Virus record (IMG/VR): IMGVR_UViG_3300041402_000314
Span: 140,150-204,149 of that record
Direction: 5' to 3' (one strand)
DNA: 64,000 bases
In this document: positions 47,284-56,388 of the stretch, piece after piece
How the letters are laid out: each line of letters opens with the position of its first letter
How positions within the stretch are numbered: position 1 is the stretch's first letter
The notes under the pieces: model-generated
Seen by the model: only the letters and a program-made list of their open reading frames with translations
Databases searched by the model: none
Told to the model about the DNA's origin: nothing
Translations under genes and position numbers: made by a program

Positions 47284-48224
47284 AATTTTTAATAACAGGC
47301 GTAGACGGATTTGTAGGTAAACATTTAGCTGATGTCCTTCTCGGAAAGGGTTGTGAAGTATATGGTCTCACCAGAAGAACGAAACACGATGAATCGAACA
47401 TAACGTATTTATTCGAAGATATAAACGATAAGGTGGGAATATATAAGCTATTCAAAGAACATTCTTTTGATGGTGTATTCCATCTAGCAGGATTAACCCA
47501 TCCACCGACATCATTTAAAGAACCAGTACAATATTTTGAGACCAATGCTTTAGGGTCTATAAATATATGTGATGCTATACAGAAGACAAATAAAGAATGT
47601 GTGTTGATGCAATGTTCTACTCCAGAAGTTTATGGTATATGTCCTAGTGATAAAGAGATAGATGAATCCTTTCCACTTAGACCTATGAACCCTTATGGAG
47701 TTTCTAAAGCAGGAGCAGATTTATATATTTTAGAAAGAGCTAGAAATAACGAGATAAAGGCATTCCTTACCAGAAGTGGTTCGCATACTGGTCCGGGTAG
47801 ACCTGCTAATTATTCAATATCTTCAGATGCTATTCAGATAGCTAAAATATTGAAAGGCGAGCAAGAGCCTAAAATAAGAGTGGGCAACTTATCATCTCAA
47901 AGAGCCGTATTGGACGTAAGAGATATAGCGGATGCTTATTACGAATTAATGGTAAGCTTTTTAGCTGGTGATATACCCAATGGAGAGATTTTCCATGTCA
48001 GCGGTAAGAATCTTCAAGAGATAGGATATTACCTAAATATCATGTTAGATGCTTATGGTCTGGAAGTTGAAAAGGTAAAAGATAGCAGACTATATAGAAA
48101 AATAGATATACCTATACAAATCTTAAATAGCGACAAGTTAACAAAATATATCGACTGGACTCCTAACATACCTATAGAGGATACCTTAAGAGATTTAGTT
48201 GAATACTGGATGGAGAGAATATAA
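47280..48224 (+). CDS. GDP-mannose 4,6-dehydratase / GDP-4-keto-6-deoxymannose reductase family SDR
   Basis: LITG.DGFVG, HLAG, ST.EVYG, PYGVSK, H.GP.R, VGNL...R...DVRD; start ATG 47280. Confidence 0.88.
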   Translation: MKFLITGVDGFVGKHLADVLLGKGCEVYGLTRRTKHDESNITYLFEDINDKVGIYKLFKEHSFDGVFHLAGLTHPPTSFKEPVQYFETNALGSINICDAIQKTNKECVLMQCSTPEVYGICPSDKEIDESFPLRPMNPYGVSKAGADLYILERARNNEIKAFLTRSGSHTGPGRPANYSISSDAIQIAKILKGEQEPKIRVGNLSSQRAVLDVRDIADAYYELMVSFLAGDIPNGEIFHVSGKNLQEIGYYLNIMLDAYGLEVEKVKDSRLYRKIDIPIQILNSDKLTKYIDWTPNIPIEDTLRDLVEYWMERI

Positions 48225-49273
48225 TGAGTGTTAAAGATGTAGATTCACATAAATTAGGTTATCATCCAGAAAGAGTTGTCGAATGGAAACAAAACGGTAT
48301 TTGTTTTCCTCTTCATATCGAAGTAGGTTTAACCAATAAATGTAATCATGCTTGTATACAATGTACATTGGATTGGATTAATCATAAAAGTGATATCATA
48401 GAGACTGAAGTATTTCTGAAGACGCTTGAAGATGCTGCTAAGATGGGTGTCAAGTCAATTTATTTTGCTGGAGAAGGTGAGCCAACATTACATAAGGACT
48501 TACCTTTATTCGTTAAAAAGGCTTATGATCTTGGTATGAAAATTTCATTGGCTACCAATGGCTCTAAATTGGATAGGGAAATGTCTGAGAAGATCATGCC
48601 TTATTTATCTTGGATAAGATTCAGCGTAGATGCTGCAACTAAAGAGACCTTCAGTAAGATACATAGAGTAGGCATCAACGAATTCGATAAGGTAGTTGAT
48701 AATATAAAGACTTGTATCGAAGTTAATGGTTCTGGGTGTCAAGTAGGTATCCAGACTTTACTTATGCCTGAGAATGTCCACGAAATAGAAGATTTGGCTA
48801 AGATGTCTAAAGAGTGGGGAGCGCATAATATTCAGGTTAAACCAGCTCATACACATCCAAAAAGCTCATATCAAGCTGGTATTTATCTTTATTCTCAAGA
48901 AGAATTACAGACACGTTTAGAAACGTTAAGTGATGAGAATTTCACTGCCATCGTAAGACTGAAGAGCATGGAGAGATTATTAGAGCCTAGAACGTATCGA
49001 GAATGCCACGCATTCCACTTTTATTGCCTAATTGATGCATATGGTCAAGTTACACCTTGTAATATCTTCTACAGCGACCCTGAGTTCATATTCGGTAATA
49101 TACATGAAGAATCTCTAACCGATATTTGGATGGGCGATAAGAAGAAAGAAGTTATAGAGAAAATAACCGAGACCAACCATTCAAGATGTGATGAATATAG
49201 ATGTAGACAAGACGTTATGAATAGGTATCTCGAAAGAGTAAAGAATCCAGAACTTAATGACGAGTTTATTTAA
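48224..49273 (+). CDS. radical SAM protein with SPASM/twitch domain
   Basis: CNHACIQC, GEGEPTLH, TNG, C-terminal C...G.V.PC...GNI....L..IW. Confidence 0.92.
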   Translation: MSVKDVDSHKLGYHPERVVEWKQNGICFPLHIEVGLTNKCNHACIQCTLDWINHKSDIIETEVFLKTLEDAAKMGVKSIYFAGEGEPTLHKDLPLFVKKAYDLGMKISLATNGSKLDREMSEKIMPYLSWIRFSVDAATKETFSKIHRVGINEFDKVVDNIKTCIEVNGSGCQVGIQTLLMPENVHEIEDLAKMSKEWGAHNIQVKPAHTHPKSSYQAGIYLYSQEELQTRLETLSDENFTAIVRLKSMERLLEPRTYRECHAFHFYCLIDAYGQVTPCNIFYSDPEFIFGNIHEESLTDIWMGDKKKEVIEKITETNHSRCDEYRCRQDVMNRYLERVKNPELNDEFI

Positions 49274-49892
49274 TATGAAATTACCTGATATCATAGAAGA
49301 ATATAGAGCTGAAGAGGGCAACAAACATTTCTATAAAATAGACGATGTTTGGGTTTGGCCTATGCAGAACAACCAGATATTTCCGCTTTTCGAAAAGTTA
49401 TTTAAGGATAATAAATTTGAAAGGATTGTAGAGATAGGTACTGCATATGGTGGACTTCCGATTCTATTAAGAGCTATGGGATTCGAAGGCGATATAATCA
49501 CTTATAATATTCATGATGAATTGAAAAATGATGTAGCAACATTGTTTAATAAATTCGTCATATATCGAATAATACAAGATGTGTTTGCTAATGAGAAAGA
49601 ATTAGGTGAAAGGATTTCAGCCAAAGGCGGAACCTTGATTATCTGTGATGGTGGCGATAAACCTAGAGAGGTTAATATATTTTCAAAATATTTGAAAACA
49701 GGTGATGTCATCATAACCCATGATTATTTCGATAGCGAAGAGAAATTTGAATCAGGTGAGTTAAGTGAATATTGGGGTGTATGTGAAATCACCTATAAAG
49801 ATATTGAGCAAGCTTGTGTTGATAACGGAATAGAACAAATAGAATCAACTTTATCAGAACGTGCAGCGATGTATGTAGGGAGGAAGAAATGA
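49257..49892 (+). CDS. SAM-dependent methyltransferase (CmcI-like)
   Basis: IVEIGTA.GG, CDGG.K..E, LK.GD.I..HD. Confidence 0.78.
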   Translation: MTSLFNMKLPDIIEEYRAEEGNKHFYKIDDVWVWPMQNNQIFPLFEKLFKDNKFERIVEIGTAYGGLPILLRAMGFEGDIITYNIHDELKNDVATLFNKFVIYRIIQDVFANEKELGERISAKGGTLIICDGGDKPREVNIFSKYLKTGDVIITHDYFDSEEKFESGELSEYWGVCEITYKDIEQACVDNGIEQIESTLSERAAMYVGRKK

Positions 49893-50317
49893 AAATAAAA
49901 GAAGCATTAAAGTTAGGAAATGGTAAAGCACAACTGTCTGAGTATGCAGAAGGAATATATGCAGAATTGGGTGTCAATGAGACTTTATTTTGTGGTGTCG
50001 TACCAATACCATTTAAAGATATTATCGGTGAAGATTGGCTACCCTTCTATGACGGAATTGTAGTGATTCCTAAAAATGGCGGAGAGGTCTGGAAACGCGA
50101 CTCTGGGGAAAAGCTTTTCATTTTAGAAGGAAAGGCGCAGAAAGAACCTTTCATAGCTAGTGAAGCCGTAGATTCATCTGGAAGAATTCATTGTTTAACT
50201 TCTATAAATACCTATGACGATGATGTTAGAATACTTGGTCGTGGAGGTATTCTTTTAGTTCACGGCTATGACGGTTGGACTAGAGAATACCCCATAATAG
50301 ATGAGAAGGAGCAATAA
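49889..50317 (+). CDS. paralog family A member inside the glycosylation island
   Basis: MKIKEALKLGNGKA...DIIGEDWLPF...PKNGGEVWK...VHG.DGWTREYP. Confidence 0.7.
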   Translation: MKIKEALKLGNGKAQLSEYAEGIYAELGVNETLFCGVVPIPFKDIIGEDWLPFYDGIVVIPKNGGEVWKRDSGEKLFILEGKAQKEPFIASEAVDSSGRIHCLTSINTYDDDVRILGRGGILLVHGYDGWTREYPIIDEKEQ

Positions 50318-51328
50318 ATGAAAAGAGCATTAGTATGTGGTGCTGGTGGATTCATCGGTAGCCATCTAGTAAAAAGACTTAAGAATGAAGGATATTGGGT
50401 TAGGGGTGTTGACCTCAAACAACCAGAATTCTCGGAGACTGAAGCAGATGATTTTTATGTCGGTGATCTTAGAAATCCTAATGTCTGTAGCACTGTTCTA
50501 CATTATAATACAACTCATGAGAAGGACTTCGATGAGGTCTATCAATTAGCTGCTGATATGGGCGGAGCTGGTTTCGTATTCTCTGGAGAAAATGATGCTG
50601 ATATCATGCATAACTCAGCACTGATCAATCTCAATATACTTAATCTGCACCATAAGTTTAAAAAGATTTTCTATAGTAGCTCGGCTTGTATGTATCCAGA
50701 ACATAATCAGCTCGACCCAGACAATCCTAATTGTACTGAGGATTCGGCATATCCAGCTAATCCAGATAGTGAATATGGATGGGAAAAACTATTCAGCGAA
50801 AGACTCTTCCTCGCATATGCTAGAAATAAAGGTGTAGATGTTAGAATAGCGAGATTCCATAATATCTTCGGTGAAGAGGGTACATGGGATGGTGGACGTG
50901 AGAAAGCTCCTGCTGCTCTATGTAGAAAGATCATAAAAACATATGGCGGAATCGAGATGTGGGGAGATGGTAAACAGACACGCTCATTCCTATATATCGA
51001 TGAGTGTGTTGAAGGAATAAGACGTTTAATGGAATCTGATTTCAAAGAACCTGTTAATATTGGTTCTGAGGAAATGGTATCTATTAAGGATTTTGCTATA
51101 CTGATAGCAACTATCGAGGATAAAGATATTGTGATTACTCATATAGACGGACCGATTGGTGTTGCTGGAAGGAATTCTGATAATACACTGATTCAGGAGA
51201 AGCTAGGTTGGAAGCCATCATTCCCATTGTTGTATGGAATTACGAAAACCTATTTCTGGATAAAAGAACAGGTACGTTTATCGGACATGGCGAAGGTAGA
51301 GATAGCTAGTGTGGATGAGAACGTATAA
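50318..51328 (+). CDS. GDP-mannose 3,5-epimerase-like NAD-dependent epimerase
   Basis: GAGGFIG, LAADMGG.GF, SSSACMYP, YGWEK, RFHNI.G, GGREKAPAA.CRK, WGDG.QTRSF. Confidence 0.9.
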   Translation: MKRALVCGAGGFIGSHLVKRLKNEGYWVRGVDLKQPEFSETEADDFYVGDLRNPNVCSTVLHYNTTHEKDFDEVYQLAADMGGAGFVFSGENDADIMHNSALINLNILNLHHKFKKIFYSSSACMYPEHNQLDPDNPNCTEDSAYPANPDSEYGWEKLFSERLFLAYARNKGVDVRIARFHNIFGEEGTWDGGREKAPAALCRKIIKTYGGIEMWGDGKQTRSFLYIDECVEGIRRLMESDFKEPVNIGSEEMVSIKDFAILIATIEDKDIVITHIDGPIGVAGRNSDNTLIQEKLGWKPSFPLLYGITKTYFWIKEQVRLSDMAKVEIASVDENV

Positions 51329-51389
51329 TATGATACCATCACAAAGGTTGTACTATTAAGATCGCTTAAAAGCGAAATATGAGCGTCAA

Positions 51390-51397
51390 TATAAATA
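51390..51397 (+). promoter_or_regulatory. T4-type late promoter
   Basis: TATAAATA. Confidence 0.65.
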
Positions 51398-51413
51398 TTT
51401 AAAAGGAGAAAAT

Positions 51414-51581
51414 ATGACAGAAAAAGAAAAAGAAATATCTGAGCTATTATTAGAAGATATTGAAAAATCTGATATGAAAGTGATAAGAGATAGTTCAACA
51501 GTTAGATATGGTCGAACGACTAGATCAATAGCTATTGAAAACTATGTATATTTTATGGAGGCCACTAAAAATACAGATTAA
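51414..51581 (+). CDS. small late protein (55 aa)
   Basis: AAGGAG RBS after the late promoter; MTEKEKEISELLLEDIEK... Confidence 0.6.
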   Translation: MTEKEKEISELLLEDIEKSDMKVIRDSSTVRYGRTTRSIAIENYVYFMEATKNTD

Positions 51582-51583
51582 TG

Positions 51584-51618
51584 AAAAAGGAGAGCTAAGA
51601 TAATTTAGCTCTCCTTTT
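51584..51618. terminator. bidirectional intrinsic terminator
   Basis: AAAAGGAGAGCTAA/TTAGCTCTCCTTTT at the convergence of late and early blocks. Confidence 0.85.
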
Positions 51619-51620
51619 GT

Positions 51621-51803
51621 TTATTCTTCTGGGAGAAAATGTATTGTCAAGTTCGTCAACTGCCCATCATTTTGTTTCTGCCAACTAATAGCGTCAACTG
51701 AGCATAAATTTATACCCATATGATTCGGTATTACTTCAAGTGGGAGTGGACATTTTTCTTCGCTTTCAATCAAGTCCTTTACTTTTTTGAAATAAGTTTC
51801 CAT
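51621..51803 (-). CDS. hypothetical protein
   Basis: 60 aa ORF, GGGAG RBS. Confidence 0.65.
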   Translation of the reverse strand: METYFKKVKDLIESEEKCPLPLEVIPNHMGINLCSVDAISWQKQNDGQLTNLTIHFLPEE

Positions 51804-51816
51804 AATATTACTCCCT

Positions 51817-52152
51817 TTATCCTTCTTCCTGTTCTTCTTCGTAATCCTCTTCTACTGGAGTTTCTTCGTTCTCGTCTGGGTCTTCTATAATCTCGGTAGA
51901 AGGCTCTTCCATAATCTCGTCATTCTGTTGCGCTGCTGTCGCTTTCTCTACTTCCAAGGTAATTCTCTCATCAATTTCTTCATTAGTCATAATACCTTTC
52001 TCGACTAGTAGATTTTTAACTGCATTGAAAGAGATTACGAGTGTATTGAAATGATTTGAGGATTCATGAGCAAACTTATTTAATGCCATATTCCCCATGA
52101 TTGTCTTTCTTTCTAATTCTCCGAACATCTGAAATATTTTCTGATCTGTCAT
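51817..52152 (-). CDS. hypothetical protein with acidic tail
   Basis: AGGAG RBS; LLVEKGI.T.EE motif. Confidence 0.7.
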   Translation of the reverse strand: MTDQKIFQMFGELERKTIMGNMALNKFAHESSNHFNTLVISFNAVKNLLVEKGIMTNEEIDERITLEVEKATAAQQNDEIMEEPSTEIIEDPDENEETPVEEDYEEEQEEG

Positions 52153-52188
52153 ATTTTTCTCCTTTTGTTTTATAAAATTTTATTTTGC

Positions 52189-52440
52189 CTACATCCACTT
52201 GTCCTTTAGTTTACCCACTATAACCGAACCGTTTGTTTTATAGAAATTTATAGTATCTAATAACGTAAAATATTCTTCACAACCACAACATTTTTCACAA
52301 TCAACTAAATCGTTTATATTATCACATTCTTTTTTAAGATCGGTTATAAATTTACCTATCGCTCGATTCAATTCCTTACGATTTTCGATTTGATAAATAT
52401 CACCAAATTCTAACTTTCTACCACATAGAATATTTTCCAT
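52189..52440 (-). CDS. hypothetical protein
   Basis: TAATG coupling. Confidence 0.6.
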   Translation of the reverse strand: MENILCGRKLEFGDIYQIENRKELNRAIGKFITDLKKECDNINDLVDCEKCCGCEEYFTLLDTINFYKTNGSVIVGKLKDKWM

Positions 52441-52925
52441 TAAAGTAATTCCTGACCTAAATCAGTATTCTCCTCTACGACAACCTGTCCTTTAAGCATA
52501 TCAACCGTATTATCAAATGCTTTCTTCAGGACTTCAGGTTTTATATCCAATGGGTAAACTTCACCAGTCCTTCCCATTCCAGCCATAACACAATCCACAA
52601 TCATTTCCATTACATCAACTAGGTTTACATCTGCTGGTACTCCATCATCTTGTAATAAGTGATGACGATTTACAATCCTGTGATTATCCCACCATATTGT
52701 CTGTTTGAATCCTGTCTTGAAGTCTTCATGGAATTGATCAATATCGGTTAGCTTATCGAAATCATGCTTCTCTGCTGCTTCATCAAGCATATCTTTGAAA
52801 AGTATCATAGCTTTTTTCACATCGTTAATATGCTGTACGCTACTCTCAAATAATTGCTCTTTCGATACCTTGGAAAAATCACAGGAACGAGTATCGGCTG
52901 TCTTACTTTTTTGAATCGTTATCAT
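52440..52925 (-). CDS. HD-like protein (DUF5662-like)
   Basis: H...V, HD.DK, H...NRHH, D..EM..D. Confidence 0.7.
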   Translation of the reverse strand: MITIQKSKTADTRSCDFSKVSKEQLFESSVQHINDVKKAMILFKDMLDEAAEKHDFDKLTDIDQFHEDFKTGFKQTIWWDNHRIVNRHHLLQDDGVPADVNLVDVMEMIVDCVMAGMGRTGEVYPLDIKPEVLKKAFDNTVDMLKGQVVVEENTDLGQELL

Positions 52926-52936
52926 ATCTCTTCTCC

Positions 52937-54004
52937 TTAAAATCCGAATATTTCGCGATATTTCTTAACGCCTGCTGTTTCAAGCCAATATTTATCTAGC
53001 CATTTCCTTTGCTTTTGAATTATCTCTTCTTTCTTTTGCTTATTCTGGAAGATATCAATAATAGTATCTCTATCAGTTTTCCAATCTCCACTAAAGAATA
53101 ATTGCGATTCTTTATAAGGTGTAAGTTTAGAACTTATAGATATAATATCAGCACTGGCATAGTCCAAATTTTTTATATTCGATTTGCATTGATTAAATGC
53201 ATTATTAAGTAATGGAGCTACACCAAAATCACAATTAAGTTCTTTTAATACCGTAGGGTATTGATACATGCTACCTATCCAGCCGGGCATTTCTATTTTG
53301 TCCTCGTATGGTTTTAACCAAGTTGGACATTCACGAATACCTAATATCACCCACTCGAATTCGTCTATGGTATTTTTTATTAGATCAAAAATAATACCAA
53401 AATCACCTTTATCATATTGATTAAAATGCGTGGGCGAACCAGCGTAAAGGATTCTAGGCTTTTTATTCTCTTTCTTTATGAAATCATACGGCCTATACAT
53501 ATACTTAGCTAAATAGTTAGGCACTATTTTAACCTTACAGGAACCGCCGAATGCCTCTATTTTCTTCTTTAATGGATATGTGGAGACAGTAAAGATATCA
53601 ACTAAATTAGTTACTTTCTTCAAATTCTCTACTGAATGAGGGTCATTGTAAGTCTTTGACGCAAAGTTATAATTAGGTACTTCTCCGATAAGATCATCCA
53701 GATCATATATTATTTTATAATCTACTTGAGGTGATTTCTCTTTAATTTCACGAACTAATTCAATAAATTGTAAATGATGATCGGTAGTCTGTCTTTGGAA
53801 ATGGATAACCTTTATTTTTGGAAAAAGTCTATCTGGTATATACATCCTACTAGATACTATACCTTCATATAATTTCTTTCTGGAATGGGCAAATTGTGAA
53901 TTTAACTCGTTGTTAGGAATAATCGTTCTAAGTTGTCCGCAACCTGCGAAATCGGATTGGAATTGATATGTTAAACATGGGTCTTCGACTTTCTCTTTAT
54001 TCAT
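52937..54004 (-). CDS. GT-B glycosyltransferase
   Basis: GCG..R...P, FQR, YDLDD, TVST..L, VPN, GS.TH, APL..N.FN.CKS.IK. Confidence 0.85.
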   Translation of the reverse strand: MNKEKVEDPCLTYQFQSDFAGCGQLRTIIPNNELNSQFAHSRKKLYEGIVSSRMYIPDRLFPKIKVIHFQRQTTDHHLQFIELVREIKEKSPQVDYKIIYDLDDLIGEVPNYNFASKTYNDPHSVENLKKVTNLVDIFTVSTYPLKKKIEAFGGSCKVKIVPNYLAKYMYRPYDFIKKENKKPRILYAGSPTHFNQYDKGDFGIIFDLIKNTIDEFEWVILGIRECPTWLKPYEDKIEMPGWIGSMYQYPTVLKELNCDFGVAPLLNNAFNQCKSNIKNLDYASADIISISSKLTPYKESQLFFSGDWKTDRDTIIDIFQNKQKKEEIIQKQRKWLDKYWLETAGVKKYREIFGF

Positions 54005-54028
54005 ATATTTCTCCTGAACTCTTTCAAT

Positions 54029-54036
54029 TACTTATA
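54029..54036 (-). promoter_or_regulatory. late promoter variant
   Basis: TATAAGTA between a terminator and the GT RBS. Confidence 0.5.
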
Positions 54037-54041
54037 CCAAT

Positions 54042-54081
54042 AAAAAAAAAGGCTCGATCAGCAAATAAGCCAATCGAGCCT
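54042..54081 (-). terminator. intrinsic terminator
   Basis: AGGCTCGAT/ATCGAGCCT hairpin followed by a U-run on the minus strand. Confidence 0.8.
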
Positions 54082-54153
54082 ATAAAAGTACGTCTGAGAT
54101 ATTTTAACTTATGGAGGAAAAATTCTCAATCAGACGTAACGGAAACGGACTTT

Positions 54154-54471
54154 CTAAGAATATTTATTTTCTCCCCAAGCATTCCAATCAAAATCACATT
54201 CACAAAGCTGAGAGTCCATGTCGCAGTTAGGACAAAGAGGAATACTTAAAACCACCCTAGTACCTGCTGGAAATGCTTCAGGATTGAATTCTAAAGATTC
54301 CTTAAAATTTAATTGATCACTATCATGATCACCATCCACGTAAACAGACCAATATGGTTCTTTTTCGTTACACTTATCACCTTGATAGCAATCTAATTTA
54401 TTTTCAGCCCATATTATTTCTCTTAAACTATCTTTAGACAATTTCATCTCCTTCTTCAGCAAAATAAGCAA
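54154..54471 (-). CDS. hypothetical protein with C-terminal Cys cluster
   Basis: CPNC...CECDFDW..W...YS; start probably MKLSK. Confidence 0.65.
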   Translation of the reverse strand: MLILLKKEMKLSKDSLREIIWAENKLDCYQGDKCNEKEPYWSVYVDGDHDSDQLNFKESLEFNPEAFPAGTRVVLSIPLCPNCDMDSQLCECDFDWNAWGENKYS

Positions 54472-54670
54472 AATGTATTATTTTCGTGGTCTCGTTATAT
54501 CCGTAAATACTACGAGGTTGATCTTCTGGAGTTTCTTCGGCTATTGCTGAAACAGCATCTAGTTTCTTAAAAGAAAGACCTAGAAGCTTAAATTGTTCAT
54601 TAGATTTTAAACTTTCGAAAAATTCACATGCTCCATATTCTTCTAGGTATGAACTGTTATCAATTTTCAT
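54434..54670 (-). CDS. hypothetical protein
   Basis: 78 aa ORF in operon. Confidence 0.55.
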   Translation of the reverse strand: MKIDNSSYLEEYGACEFFESLKSNEQFKLLGLSFKKLDAVSAIAEETPEDQPRSIYGYNETTKIIHFAYFAEEGDEIV

Positions 54671-55016
54671 TCTTTATCCTTATGTTATCATAGGCATGGT
54701 CTATTGCTTCACCGAAACCACAGCCGCCATTATAATACTTGACTTCGAATTCAATAGTTCCATCTGAATATAAAACAGCTTTAAATAGGCTACTATCAGG
54801 GTCTAATTCCTTTTTCTCCACTTCATAAATTTTATCATCTAGGACAACATATCCCTGATAATAATTATCCTGAAGACATTCGAGATAATCATCATAACAA
54901 TCGTCAAATTCTATGTTGTGGTGATCTAAAATTCTTTTAGCGATGTCTTGTATTGTCTCACCTTCATTCGGCAAGACCCTAGTTAAGATGCCTTTATAAT
55001 GTACTGTTTCACTCAT
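54660..55016 (-). CDS. conserved phage hypothetical protein
   Basis: MSETVHYKG...F.V.YYNGG.GF.EA. Confidence 0.75.
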   Translation of the reverse strand: MSETVHYKGILTRVLPNEGETIQDIAKRILDHHNIEFDDCYDDYLECLQDNYYQGYVVLDDKIYEVEKKELDPDSSLFKAVLYSDGTIEFEVKYYNGGCGFGEAIDHAYDNIRIKNEN

Positions 55017-55193
55017 TTTTACTTGCCTATCAAATATTCAGGTTTAACCATTTCACGGATAGTCTGCTCTACCATGCCTTCATAGAAGATGGCATAACTT
55101 ACTGATTTTGCTATCCAATAACAACCATAAACGGCAGATATGGCTAAAAGGACTGCGCCGATTATAAGTCCTGCTGTTTTCAAGTTTTTCATG

Positions 55194-55379
55194 TTATATC
55201 TCCTTCAATTCAGTAATTTGTAGTTCCTTCATTTCAATATAAAGGTCAGTTCGTTCTCTATCAATCTCAGCTCTTCTTTCATCGAATCTGGTCTGAGCAT
55301 CAAATTCTTCTTTATTAAGCTGTGTTTCTTTTATATCAAGCTCTAATCCTCTTATCTCAATCTGTTTCATTGCTGCCAT
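55194..55379 (-). CDS. small coiled-coil protein
   Basis: 61 aa ORF. Confidence 0.55.
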   Translation of the reverse strand: MAAMKQIEIRGLELDIKETQLNKEEFDAQTRFDERRAEIDRERTDLYIEMKELQITELKEI

Positions 55380-55419
55380 AATATTATTTCCTTATGTTAT
55401 TTTGGTAATATCCTCCAAT

Positions 55420-55456
55420 AAAAAGGCGGTGGGATAAGTGACTAGCCTATCCCACC
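55420..55456 (-). terminator. intrinsic terminator
   Basis: GGTGGGATA/TATCCCACC hairpin and U-tract. Confidence 0.7.
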
Positions 55457-55523
55457 AATAATAAAGGAGGTGTTACACTATGAACTAAGAATATCACTGA
55501 CATTCTCAGGAATAGCCTTATTG

Positions 55524-55913
55524 TTACAGACTTTCTGCCATTTTAGTAAGCTCGTCAACACTCTTACCTTGAAGTTCCTCATTCTGCTTGGTATTGATGA
55601 TACTCAAGATTGTCGCTTTCTTGGTTTTGTTTTCCGCAGCCTTTTCAGCTACATCGGCCTCATCCATCTTGACCTTGATGATATGCTTAACAATATCAAA
55701 CTTTAGTTCAAGAACAGCATTTTTGGCGGTTCTCTTCTGAACAAAGCTTTCCTCGCCACTTTCCTTAACAGCCTTACTTAAACTCTTGGCTACGGTATCG
55801 AGGTCAAAACCATTTCTACTTGTGAGCTTTAAGTCCCACAAATCCTCTACAGTAATCAATCCTTTTGTGGTATCGAACCTTAATTGTAACCTACTCGCTT
55901 TTTCAAAATTCAT
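55524..55913 (-). CDS. conserved large-phage hypothetical protein
   Basis: FEKA.R..LRF....G..TVEDLWDL.L, ESF, LKF.IV..II..K. Confidence 0.8.
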   Translation of the reverse strand: MNFEKASRLQLRFDTTKGLITVEDLWDLKLTSRNGFDLDTVAKSLSKAVKESGEESFVQKRTAKNAVLELKFDIVKHIIKVKMDEADVAEKAAENKTKKATILSIINTKQNEELQGKSVDELTKMAESL

Positions 55914-55939
55914 AATATATCTCCTTTATTTTTAATGTT

Positions 55940-56374
55940 TTATATATTTTTCCACGTTATATTTCTAACTACTTTATGTATTAAATTGAGACTAACCCCA
56001 TACTTTTTTGCTATATCTAATTGCGGTTCTCCATCAGAAAATAATTTTCTTATTTGTATGACTTTTTCTTCATTTAATTTTGTTGACCTTTTATTACGTG
56101 CCTGATTATTAACAGAAGCCCAAATACAATTTTCTGGAGAATAACCAAGTGAGTTATCAATACGATCTACGGAATGTTTTATTGTAGGTCTTCGACCCAT
56201 ATCTCACAAAAATGATGTATATGAATTTCGCCATCTATCACATACCTTTATACCTCTTTCTCCATAATATGAGTACATAGGATTATTGGGATTATTACAT
56301 CTCTGAATCATTCCAGCCCACGATCTATATTCAATCGTTTGTGGCCTTTTAGCCTCTCCATGCCTCTCAAACAT
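55940..56374 (-). pseudogene. HNH homing endonuclease with an in-frame TGA
   Basis: W..M..RC.NP...Y..YG.RGI.VC.RW..S...FL*DMG.RP...S.DRIDN..GY.P.NC.WA...Q..N; TGA at 56204-56206. Confidence 0.85.
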
Positions 56375-56388
56375 TATTTGTGTTATTT

